DNA of 64,000 bases, taken from assembly GCA_964347945.1 (NCBI GenBank), contig CAYGAW010000194.1, positions 1,303 to 65,302 of the forward strand, written 5' to 3'. The notes under the pieces are model-generated. The model had not been told where the DNA came from, searched no databases, and saw only the letters and a program-made list of their open reading frames with translations. Within the stretch, counting starts at the first letter, position 1. Each line of letters starts with the position of its first letter. The DNA is from an uncultured Anaerolineales bacterium (GTDB lineage: Bacteria; Chloroflexota; Anaerolineae; UBA7937; B3-Chlor). Of the stretch, positions 56,240-64,000 are shown piece after piece. The translations under genes and the position numbers were made by a program.

Positions 56240-56767
56240 TCAGTCACGCATGGTAGTGATCTTGATCCTGTCGGTCACCTCGTCGCCGAGTTCCTCGATC
56301 TTGCTCCTCAGAGCAGTGACCACATGCGGCGGAACCAGTTTGCTGATGTCTCCGTCCAGCTTTGCCACTTCTTTGACAATGCTGGAGCTGAGGAAGTAGT
56401 ATTCCTTGCTCGTCAGCAGGCACACAGATTCGATTTCTGGCGCCAGCGTTCGGTTCATCAAAGCCATCTGGAATTCGAACTCGAAGTCGCCGACGACTCT
56501 CAACCCTCGTACTATGGCCCTGGCACCCTTCCCTCTCGCGAAGTCCACCGTGAGTCCGTCGTAGCTCTCAACGCTGACGTTGGGCCATCCCTCAAACACG
56601 TTGTTGGCCATCTCTAGCCGCTCTGCAGTTGAGAAGAGCAGAGTCTTGATGGGATGGGCGTAGACGGCCACGACGACGTGATCGAAAAGAGTAGCCGCTC
56701 TCCGAGCGATGTCGACATGCCCATTGGTAATGGGATCAAATGTGCCAGGAAAGATGGCCGTGCTCAT
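56240..56767 (-). CDS. coaD: Phosphopantetheine adenylyltransferase
   Basis: FPGTFDPITNGHVDI motif; 175 aa. Confidence 0.95.
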   Translation of the reverse strand: MSTAIFPGTFDPITNGHVDIARRAATLFDHVVVAVYAHPIKTLLFSTAERLEMANNVFEGWPNVSVESYDGLTVDFARGKGARAIVRGLRVVGDFEFEFQMALMNRTLAPEIESVCLLTSKEYYFLSSSIVKEVAKLDGDISKLVPPHVVTALRSKIEELGDEVTDRIKITTMRD

Positions 56768-56858
56768 TCACGCAGTACCTCCATTATGCACTGATTGGCA
56801 TCCACCCCTGCTATTATAACATATTAACCCATGCTGTGGAAAACCCGAACCCCTGTCG

Positions 56859-59282
56859 TCAACTTAGGTCGCCCTCTTCCCTCTGCCAGAATTCACCGAC
56901 TCGGCGTGCAAGCAGTCGGTTCTGGGGCGACTCCAGCTCTGGGTCCTTTTCCCAGATCTCCTTGGCAACAGCGCGCGCTTCCTCAAGGACGCTCACGTCA
57001 CTCAGACGGGCCACTTTCAAGTCTGGCAGGCCGCTCTGTCGAGTTCCAAAGAACTCGCCGGGACCTCGCATGGCCAAGTCTTCGTCGGCCAGTTTGAATC
57101 CATCTTGTGTGCTTTCGATGATCTGTAGACGTTGTTCACCGGTATCAGTCGGTGAATCTGCCACGAGGAGGCAGTACGACTGCCGTTCCCCGCGGCCCAC
57201 CCTGCCGCGGAATTGATGCAGCTGGGCCAAACCAAAGCGGTCTGCTCCTTCGATGAGCATCACCGTCGCGTTGGGCACGTCGATTCCCACCTCGACTACT
57301 GGCGTACAGACGAGGATGTCCAGCTCGCCTCGATAGAAATCCCTCATCGCGGCTTCCTTTTCCTCTGAGGTCATGCGACCGTGGAGAAGGCCCAGGCGCA
57401 AGTCGGGGAACACCTCGTCTCGCAGCCGACGGTGTTCCTCCACTGCGGCCTTGGCCTCTATCTTTTCGCTTTCCTCGATCAAGGGGCAGATGATGAAAGC
57501 TTGCTCGGATTCCTCCACGCGGCTGTGTAGGAAGCTGTAGGCCCGCTCTCTCTCCCGCGGCTTCATCCAGCGGGTGATGATCTCCTTGCGACCAGGCGGG
57601 AGTTCATCGATGGTTGATATGTCCAGATCGCCGTAGATAGTGAGAGCCAGGGTCCGCGGAATGGGTGTTGCACTCATCACCAGGACATGGGGGTTATGAC
57701 CCTTCTGTCGCAGAGTTGCTCTCTGGGTCACCCCGAATCGGTGCTGCTCATCAATGACGACCAGTCCCAGATTGTCGAACTCCACACCCTCCTGAATCAG
57801 GGCATGCGTGCCGACGATTATCCTGGCCTCTCCCGAGGCGATTTCTTCGTAGATTCTCTCCTTCTCCGACTGCTTGGCACTGCCGGTCAGCAAGCGCAGG
57901 TGAGAGGTCACTTTGGTCAGCCCCGGCAGCCACAATTCGCCCCACAGTCTGCCTAGGCTGACATGATGCTGCTCGGCCAGGATCTCCGTAGGAGCCATAA
58001 GGACAGCTTGCATGTTGCTGGCTGCAGTCATGAGCATGGCAGCGGCAGCCACAACGGTCTTGCCAGAACCCACGTCGCCCTGCAGGAGTCGGCTCATGGG
58101 TTCAGGTCTTTGGAGATCGTCAAGTATTTCAGAGAGGGACCTCTCTTGAGCTGAAGTCAGAGGGAAGGGTAGGGAGTCGACGAAAGTTCGCAGGATGGAG
58201 CTGTCTATCCGAACAGGTTGCCCGGACCTTTGCCTCCACTGATGTCTTTGTTTCAAGACCCCCAGTTGAATCATCAGCAGTTCGTCAAAAGCCAGGCGGC
58301 GGCGTGCCTGTTCGAGCACCTCCGAGTCGTCAGGGAAGTGAATCTGCCGGATCGCGTTCTCCAAATCCAGGAGGTTTCTCTTCTCGCGTATGGGCAAGGG
58401 CAGATGATCGGGCAAGCGCAAGGACCAGTAGTCTGTCGTCCGCTTCATCAGCCGACGCAGCCACCGGCCAGTAATGCCTTTGGTGAGGGGATACACGGGG
58501 ACTATCCGCCCTGTGTGAATCAACTCCTTGTCCAAAGGCTCCCACGTCGGTGACGAGAAGGTGAGACGCCCCAAGTACTGGTCAACCTTGCCACTGATGA
58601 CGATCTGCTTGCCCGGCGTCAGTCTCTTGACTAGATAGGGTTGATTAAACCAGGTGGCCTCCACTGTTGCTGTGCCGTCCGAGATTGTACTGGAGACAAT
58701 GCTCTGACCGCGCCTGCTTGTGCGCTCGCGTGTTTCTCGGACGGTGCCGACCACGGTCACTTCTTCCCCGTAGTGGAGCTGGTCTATAGTCTTGAGAGAG
58801 CTGAAATCGTCATACCGGTTAGGGAAGAGGTAGAGAAGATCCCGAATAGTGGTAACGCCGAGGCGGCTCAACCGTTTGGCGTAAGCGTCGCTGACGCCGT
58901 GCAGCTCACGAACAGAGGAAGCAAGCGTTGTTCTCGTCTCTGACGGTTCAGTCTCGGTAGGGGGTTGGACAGCCGCTGTCTCTGCTGGCACGCTCCTCTC
59001 GGGCCTCGGCTCAGCTTCTGCCGCGCCCCACTCACGCAGGATCTCTTCCACAATCTGCCGGCGTCTCTCGAGACTCTCATCCGAGTACTTCACCAACAGA
59101 CGGGCCGTGTCGTCGATGAGCCGAACCAGGAAAGGATCGTTGGTGTTCTGTTTGGCTTCCTCGTGCCAGAACGCGGCAAACTTCCCGAGGCCACCGATGA
59201 CAGCTCTGTCGGTGTAGCCCAGGTCTTTTTCCAGAACGAGGACCTTTTCCAGCTTGTCGAATGGCGGCAGCGTAGAGTTCAT
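56859..59282 (-). CDS. recG: ATP-dependent DNA helicase RecG
   Basis: Wedge/OB domain and helicase motifs GDVGSGKT, DEQHRFG and QLHQFRGRVGRG. The start was taken at the internal ATG (MNSTLPP), clear of degV. Confidence 0.93.
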   Translation of the reverse strand: MNSTLPPFDKLEKVLVLEKDLGYTDRAVIGGLGKFAAFWHEEAKQNTNDPFLVRLIDDTARLLVKYSDESLERRRQIVEEILREWGAAEAEPRPERSVPAETAAVQPPTETEPSETRTTLASSVRELHGVSDAYAKRLSRLGVTTIRDLLYLFPNRYDDFSSLKTIDQLHYGEEVTVVGTVRETRERTSRRGQSIVSSTISDGTATVEATWFNQPYLVKRLTPGKQIVISGKVDQYLGRLTFSSPTWEPLDKELIHTGRIVPVYPLTKGITGRWLRRLMKRTTDYWSLRLPDHLPLPIREKRNLLDLENAIRQIHFPDDSEVLEQARRRLAFDELLMIQLGVLKQRHQWRQRSGQPVRIDSSILRTFVDSLPFPLTSAQERSLSEILDDLQRPEPMSRLLQGDVGSGKTVVAAAAMLMTAASNMQAVLMAPTEILAEQHHVSLGRLWGELWLPGLTKVTSHLRLLTGSAKQSEKERIYEEIASGEARIIVGTHALIQEGVEFDNLGLVVIDEQHRFGVTQRATLRQKGHNPHVLVMSATPIPRTLALTIYGDLDISTIDELPPGRKEIITRWMKPRERERAYSFLHSRVEESEQAFIICPLIEESEKIEAKAAVEEHRRLRDEVFPDLRLGLLHGRMTSEEKEAAMRDFYRGELDILVCTPVVEVGIDVPNATVMLIEGADRFGLAQLHQFRGRVGRGERQSYCLLVADSPTDTGEQRLQIIESTQDGFKLADEDLAMRGPGEFFGTRQSGLPDLKVARLSDVSVLEEARAVAKEIWEKDPELESPQNRLLARRVGEFWQREEGDLS

Positions 59283-59310
59283 GGTGCTCTCAGCGGAATG
59301 AAGTTCACAA

Positions 59311-60153
59311 TCACAGACCCTCGTACACGAAGACGCCGATCGCCTCGGGTCCCAGGTGAGTGGCCAGGACGGGACCATAGGTGATCACGTCTATGTCCTG
59401 TACAGGGTACGCGACTCGTAGCCTATCCAGCAGGTCAGTGGGGGCAGCAACATTGGCACCTTTGAGAATGGCTATCTTCTCCAGGTGGGGAAACTCCGTG
59501 ACGAACTCGTACAGTTTGTCTACGCCACCACTCCTGGTCCGCACCTTCTCCAAAGGCAGGACTTCTCCATCCTCGATAATCAGCAACGGCTTGATGCTCA
59601 GCATGGTGCCGAGAAGCGCTTCGGCTTTTCCAATACGCTCTCCTCTCTCCAGGTATTCGAGATCCTCGACAAAGAACACCAGATAGACATGCGGGATCAT
59701 GGCCCTCACCATCCTGACGACTTCATCCAGGCTGGCCCCTTTGCGGGAAATCGTGCTGGCGGTGAGAACCAGGGTCCTCAGAGCCAGAGACGTAGTCAGC
59801 GAGTCCACAACCGCAATGCGACGTTGCCCGATGAGGGACGTAGCCGCTTGTCTGGCCAATTCTACAGTCCCGCTGAGCTTGGCGGAGATATGAATGGATA
59901 TTATGTCATCGGTCTCGCTACCAAGAGATCGATAGGTGTCTTCGAAGAGCTCCAATGGCGGAGCAGTAGTAGAGGGGAGGGACTCGGAGTTCTCAAGCTT
60001 CTCGAAGAACTCGTCGTGGTTGATATCTATACCGTCTCGAAACCTTTCACGTCCTATGTGGAGGTTCAAGGGGATGACTGTGATTCCCAAGTCCTCGGCC
60101 ATGTCGTAGGACAACTCTGCTGTGCTATCGGTGACTACTCTGACTCTTCCCAT
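59311..60153 (-). CDS. DegV-family fatty-acid-binding protein
   Basis: VRVVTDSTAEL start, typical of DegV; 280 aa. Confidence 0.88.
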   Translation of the reverse strand: MGRVRVVTDSTAELSYDMAEDLGITVIPLNLHIGRERFRDGIDINHDEFFEKLENSESLPSTTAPPLELFEDTYRSLGSETDDIISIHISAKLSGTVELARQAATSLIGQRRIAVVDSLTTSLALRTLVLTASTISRKGASLDEVVRMVRAMIPHVYLVFFVEDLEYLERGERIGKAEALLGTMLSIKPLLIIEDGEVLPLEKVRTRSGGVDKLYEFVTEFPHLEKIAILKGANVAAPTDLLDRLRVAYPVQDIDVITYGPVLATHLGPEAIGVFVYEGL

Positions 60154-60209
60154 GTGCTACCCTTGCATCTGAATGGATTTGTCTTGGCTACGGCAAACCA
60201 GACTATCTC

Positions 60210-61832
60210 CTATTCGCCCGAGAGAATGTAGTAGTAGTGGGGCTGTCCGCCGTCGACAACCTCCCACTCCTGATTCGAATAGGTTTCCTGCATCTTCTTG
60301 ACCAAATCCTCTGCTTGCGACTGGGTCACGTCCTCGCCGAAATACACCGTGATGATCTCTTGCTCCGCCGCGCTCATCTGCTCGAGCATCGTGGACACAA
60401 CTTCCTCCACAGTCTGGCCAGAGGCGGTCAGGTCTCCATTCAGCAGGCCAATGATCTCTCCTTCCTCGACTTCCAGCGACTTGTACTTCACCGAACGAAT
60501 GGCTTTCGTGATCTCGGCCGTCTGGACCGCCTGCGTCGCCTTCTCCATGGCTTTCGCATTCTTCTCCAGGTCTGCCTGATAGTTGAAGGACAGGAGAGCG
60601 CTGATGCCCTGGGGAATGGTTTCGCTCGGCACCACAGCGACGTTCTTCTGCGACAGTTCCTCGGCCTTCTGAGCGGCCAGGAGCACATTGTCATTGTTGG
60701 GCAGAACTATGACGTCCTCTTGCCTTGTGGATTCGATAGCCTCAAGCAGCTCTTGAGTGCTGGGGTTCATCGTCTGTCCACCGGGTACGATGGTGCGGAC
60801 ACCCAGACTGGTAAACACCCGCTGAAGACCTTGGCCTGACACCACAGCCACGATGGCTATACCGTCCGTCTCCTCAGCCGCTGCCTCCTCTCCCATGACC
60901 ATGTACTCGCGGTGCTGATCCTGCATGTTGTCTATCTTGATGTTGTGGAGGGCGCCTTTGCTGGAGGCAAAACCGATCACCTCTCCAGGCCTAAACGTGT
61001 GCACGTGCACCTTGATCGTGTTCTCATCCCCCACGACAAGAACCGAGTCGCCCCAACCCGTGACGCGCTCCTGGATCTCGTTCAGATCGAGATCCTCTCC
61101 CTGCAAGATGAACTCGGTGCAGTAGCCCCATTCCATCTCCCCTCCAGCGGGAGCAGCTTCCACTGCGGCGGGAACTGGTTCAGTAACATCGACTTTCTCC
61201 ATTGGTTCTCCCCTCATGTATTTCAGCGCCCCTTCGAGGATCACGAACAGGCCTTGGCCTCCTGCGTCCACAACGCCAGCCTCGCGCAGCACACTCAGCA
61301 GAGAGGGTGTCCTGGCTACAGAGTCCCTCGCGCCCGCCACGACGCGCTCCATGACCGGCAGCAAGTCGCAGACTCCTTCGTCCACAGCCGCCTGTGCCGC
61401 GTCGGCCGCCTCGCGGCCGACGGTGAGGATCGTTCCCTCCACTGGCTTGATGACGCCTTTGTACGCGGTGGCGGATCCCTCGGCGAGCGCTGCCGCGAAA
61501 TCCGCACCGTCGAACTTGTTCTTGTCCTTCAGACAACTCGCTATCCCTCTGAACAATTGGGATAGGATTACTCCCGAGTTGCCGCGCGCGCCCATGAGAG
61601 CGCCGTGCGCCGTGGCGTGGGCTACTGCTCCGGCGGACTCATCCGGGGAGTTTCGGATCTCCTCCAAAGCGGCCTGCATAGTGAGCACCATGTTCGTGCC
61701 CGTGTCACCGTCGGGCACAGGGAAGACGTTCAGCGCATTGATGTGGGAAGCGTGCTTCTCCAGCCAGGCGGTACCTGCCTGTAGGAGAAGCTTGAGTTCG
61801 CGACCATTGCACGAGTCCACCATCGGAGCCAT
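60210..61832 (-). CDS. DAK2-domain protein (YloV-like)
   Basis: N-terminal DAK2 domain (PDGDTGTNM, GARGNSGVILSQ) plus the C-terminal YloV-type domain, downstream of asp23 as in Firmicutes yloU-yloV. Confidence 0.88.
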   Translation of the reverse strand: MAPMVDSCNGRELKLLLQAGTAWLEKHASHINALNVFPVPDGDTGTNMVLTMQAALEEIRNSPDESAGAVAHATAHGALMGARGNSGVILSQLFRGIASCLKDKNKFDGADFAAALAEGSATAYKGVIKPVEGTILTVGREAADAAQAAVDEGVCDLLPVMERVVAGARDSVARTPSLLSVLREAGVVDAGGQGLFVILEGALKYMRGEPMEKVDVTEPVPAAVEAAPAGGEMEWGYCTEFILQGEDLDLNEIQERVTGWGDSVLVVGDENTIKVHVHTFRPGEVIGFASSKGALHNIKIDNMQDQHREYMVMGEEAAAEETDGIAIVAVVSGQGLQRVFTSLGVRTIVPGGQTMNPSTQELLEAIESTRQEDVIVLPNNDNVLLAAQKAEELSQKNVAVVPSETIPQGISALLSFNYQADLEKNAKAMEKATQAVQTAEITKAIRSVKYKSLEVEEGEIIGLLNGDLTASGQTVEEVVSTMLEQMSAAEQEIITVYFGEDVTQSQAEDLVKKMQETYSNQEWEVVDGGQPHYYYILSGE

Positions 61833-61903
61833 CGCTGGCGCTTCTTGAGCCTTCTCTGCTGTCAATCTGGGCAACCTCCAACCTGCCTAGGCTTCGGTTC
61901 TCA

Positions 61904-62263
61904 TCAACTAAGGTCGCTGATCCGCAGACCTTGGACGTGGACATTCACTTCGGCCACGGGAACGCCCAGGGCTTTCTCTACGTTGAACTTGACGCTCTGC
62001 ATGATGTTCTGGGCCACCTCGGAAACTCTCACACCGTATTCCATGATCACGTAAAGGTCGATGGTTATCTTGTCATCCACGAGGTCTACGTCCACCCCTT
62101 TTCGAGGCGTGTCCGCGGGATGGAGCATATCTGCCAGTCCGTCGCGCACCGTGCGTGGGGCCATACCCACGACTCCGTAGCTCTCCAGCACTGCCTGGCT
62201 GGCGATGCTGGCGATAGCTGCGGGAGAGATCTCTATGCTTCCCAATCTCCGTTCTTCAACCAT
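61904..62263 (-). CDS. Asp23/Gls24-family protein (YloU-like)
   Basis: IEISPAAIASIASQAVLESYGVVGM motif; 119 aa; divergent from rpmB. Confidence 0.85.
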   Translation of the reverse strand: MVEERRLGSIEISPAAIASIASQAVLESYGVVGMAPRTVRDGLADMLHPADTPRKGVDVDLVDDKITIDLYVIMEYGVRVSEVAQNIMQSVKFNVEKALGVPVAEVNVHVQGLRISDLS

Positions 62264-62331
62264 TGGACCTCACCTCAAGAGGTTCCATGCTGGCGCTGCG
62301 AGGGCGCGCACAGCAAGCATGCGTTGAGGAT

Positions 62332-62360
62332 TTGACTATGCCATCGACTTGTGGTACGCT
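62332..62360 (+). promoter_or_regulatory. Candidate rpmB promoter TTGACT-N17-TACGCT
   Basis: TTGACT at 62332-37, a 17-nt spacer, then TACGCT at 62355-60, about 35 nt upstream of the ATG. Confidence 0.4.
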
Positions 62361-62394
62361 TATTTACAGTAGTGTTGATCTGAGGTATGGAATA

Positions 62395-62601
62395 ATGGCA
62401 AGAGAATGTGATATCTGCGGCAAAGGCCCTCAATTCGGGCATAGCGTCAGCCATGCTCACAATCGAACCAAGCGCAACTGGCAGCCGAATCTGCATCGCA
62501 AAACGATAAGCGACGGCAAGAGCAAGCGAACTGTTCGCATCTGCACCAGGTGTCTGCGCACCCTGGAGAAGGGACCTGCTCCAGGTCGGGTGTCTCTCTG
62601 A
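62395..62601 (+). CDS. rpmB: 50S ribosomal protein L28
   Basis: MARECDICGKGPQFGHSVSHAHNRTKRNWQPNL; 68 aa from the ATG at 62395 (RBS TGAGG). The longer 112-aa ORF was rejected. Confidence 0.95.
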   Translation: MARECDICGKGPQFGHSVSHAHNRTKRNWQPNLHRKTISDGKSKRTVRICTRCLRTLEKGPAPGRVSL

Positions 62602-62614
62602 TTGATTGATTGAT
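62599..62614 (+). repeat. (TGAT)x4 microrepeat giving stop codons in all three frames
   Basis: TGATTGATTGATTGAT starts at the rpmB stop codon. TGA occurs at 62599, 62603, 62607 and 62611. Confidence 0.9.
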
Positions 62615-62629
62615 TCATCGTCACACTGT

Positions 62630-62668
62630 GAGCCAGTCCCTGGTTGCCGGGACTGGCTCTTGTCTGTC
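62630..62668 (+). terminator. Candidate rpmB terminator hairpin
   Basis: Perfect 11-bp stem GAGCCAGTCCC (62630-40) / GGGACTGGCTC (62649-59) with an 8-nt loop, followed by TTGTCTGTC, which is only moderately U-rich. Confidence 0.55.
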
Positions 62669-63065
62669 ACGCATCCCCCACTAGGATAACCCCGGCTCCC
62701 CGCATGGGTTACCATGCGCTGGCCGCCGCGCCCAATGTGGACCGCTCGCGGAGCCCCCAATATTCCCAAACAATTAATGATACCCATGCTCAAGCCAAAA
62801 GGCAATTCTAGCCCGTAGGTGAGCCTAGCGCGTCGCAAGACGACCTTGCAAGAGCATCGGGTTGGCAGGCCGATGCTACCACGTGAAGGGATACACGCCG
62901 GAAGCATTGCTGCAAACCGGCCTTAGCCAGCTGTTCGCAGTCCCTGGCGCAGGGCTTCAGTCCGGCGCTCCCAGGCGAGCGGGATGAGGCGGCGTTCCTG
63001 GCTTGGCAATCAGGAACGGGATTCGTGATCCGCACCACTGACGAGCCAATATCATGTCGAGGCCA

Positions 63066-64000
63066 CTATTGCCGAGCCTCACCGCCTTTGCCACTGCCTG
63101 ATCTGGAGCGCAGCTGACCGCACCCTGCCTCGATCTCGATGCCCCGCCCCAGCCTGATGGTGCTGTTGACGCCCAGGTGGCTCAGTTCCTGGTGAAAGGC
63201 CCGCACACGCTTTCTGGGACTCCCTCGCGAGGCTGACTCTGGGACGGGGTTGGCGCGGATGAGGTTGACGTGGCAGAGCAGTCCGTTCAGGAGCGATGCC
63301 AGGTCCCTCGCGTGTTGGGACGAATCGTTCAGTCCATCCAAGAGGGCGTACTCGAAGGTCACGCGGCGCCCCGTGCGCTCGACGTAAGACCTGCAGGCGC
63401 CTATCAGCTCCCTGAGTGGATATCGTCGAGCGACGGGCACCAACGTCCTTCTCAACTCGTCCGTGGGCGCGTGGAGCGACACCGCCAGTCCGACTTGCTG
63501 TTTCTCGAGACTCAAACGTTCGATGCCAGGTAAAATACCCACCGTGGAGATCGTGATCCGCCGTGCGCCGAGGTTGAAGCCCCGCGGGTCGGTCAAAGTT
63601 TCGACGGCTTGCCACGTCGCTTCGTAGTTCAGGAGCGGTTCACCCATGCCCATGAACACTACGTTGCTGATCCTCTGCCCCTCTTCTTTCAGGTCTCGAG
63701 CGAAGTGGATTGCCTGTTCGACGATCTCCCCGGGGGTGAGATTCCGAGTGAAGCCGCTCTGTCCGGTGGCGCAGAAGGGACACCCCACCGGGCATCCTAC
63801 CTGAGTGGACAGGCACACGCTGTTCCGCTTCTCGTACCGCATGAGGACGCTCTCGATGGTCTCCCCATCAGGCAGGGCGAAGAGAACCTTGTGGGTCAGC
63901 CCATCGGGGGAAACGGCCTCTTGAAGAGGAGAGAGGCTGTGGATCTCTGCGATCTGGCCCAGCTGCTCGCGCAACGATTGCGGGAGATTGTGCATCTCAC
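63066..64000 (-). CDS. rlmN: 23S rRNA/tRNA adenine-C2 methyltransferase RlmN (radical SAM), 5' end outside the window
   Basis: CLSTQVGCPVGCPFCATG cluster motif, MGMGEPL and a C-terminal GIEIEAGCGQL. The N-terminal roughly 50 aa typical of RlmN are missing, so the gene runs off the window edge. Confidence 0.9.
   Translation of the reverse strand, partial: EMHNLPQSLREQLGQIAEIHSLSPLQEAVSPDGLTHKVLFALPDGETIESVLMRYEKRNSVCLSTQVGCPVGCPFCATGQSGFTRNLTPGEIVEQAIHFARDLKEEGQRISNVVFMGMGEPLLNYEATWQAVETLTDPRGFNLGARRITISTVGILPGIERLSLEKQQVGLAVSLHAPTDELRRTLVPVARRYPLRELIGACRSYVERTGRRVTFEYALLDGLNDSSQHARDLASLLNGLLCHVNLIRANPVPESASRGSPRKRVRAFHQELSHLGVNSTIRLGRGIEIEAGCGQLRSRSGSGKGGEARQ

Noticed and set aside
62275-62907. 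210-aa minus-strand ORF spanning rpmB and the intergenic region
   Set aside because: It overlaps the L28 gene in antisense. Its sequence is Arg/Gly/Ser/Cys-rich with no motif and no plausible start context.
62660-63065. Possible RNase P RNA, tmRNA, SRP RNA or tRNA in the rpmB-rlmN spacer
   Set aside because: I looked on both strands for these signatures:
- GAGGAAAGUCCGGGC and ACAGAAnCCGGCUUA (RNase P);
- a GGGG 5' end plus GGUUCGAnUCC T-arm and CCA tail (tmRNA/tRNA);
- the GGAA-AGCA helix-8 motif (SRP).
Only loose resemblances were present (CAAACCGGCCUUAG, GGGAUUCGUGAUCC), and the required pairings are missing. The region is kept only as an unclassified structured region.
1-64000. Mobile elements, prophage, defence islands, CRISPR arrays, rRNA/tRNA genes
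   Set aside because: I saw no transposase, integrase, recombinase or phage-like ORFs, no inverted terminal repeats or spaced direct-repeat arrays, and no tRNA-like T-arm/anticodon structures in any intergenic region. The window is core-genome in character.

Overview
GC-rich bacterial chromosomal segment made almost entirely of conserved housekeeping genes, tightly packed, with many 1-4 nt stop/start overlaps. I found no rRNA, tRNA, CRISPR array, transposase or integrase. The core is a complete division/cell-wall (dcw) cluster on the minus strand: mraZ-rsmH-ftsL-ftsI-murF-mraY-murD-ftsW-murG-(two membrane proteins)-murC-murB-ftsQ-ftsA-ftsZ. It has a readable sigma70-type promoter and a triple GTGGG MraZ operator. 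murE is absent from the cluster. Downstream of ftsZ lie nrdR-nrdJ, acd-etfBA, a radical SAM gene and the ylm-type genes pgeF-yggS-yggT-DUF167, with no sepF. The right half carries several blocks:
- a TPR/HExxH membrane protease, scpA, an FAH-family hydrolase, argF, and a TPR protein followed by cdaA-cdaR-der;
- an acyl-CoA dehydrogenase with two DUF35 proteins and two thiolase-fold proteins;
- a COG2403 P-loop gene, then tatA-tatC, asp23-nusB, yceD-rpmF-fabD-fabG and coaD;
- recG, degV, a DAK2 (YloV-like) gene, asp23, then rpmB (divergent) and a partial rlmN.
The synteny is Terrabacteria/Firmicutes-like. The membrane and TPR content makes me guess a Chloroflexota-type organism, but that is inference only.
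I did not find an obvious new defence or mobile system. The most unusual items are:
1. an operon of two thiolase-fold paralogs that both lack the nucleophilic cysteine, followed by two DUF35 partner proteins;
2. a roughly 650 bp ORF-free region with a near-consensus extended -10 promoter (candidate ncRNA or long leader);
3. a translationally coupled pair of a zinc-ribbon coiled-coil protein and a P-loop-TM-TolB-propeller protein;
4. two CvpA-like membrane proteins embedded in the dcw cluster;
5. a hairpin-dense 460 bp convergent intergenic region.
Many long ORFs in the six-frame track are antisense shadow ORFs typical of GC-rich DNA and were rejected.
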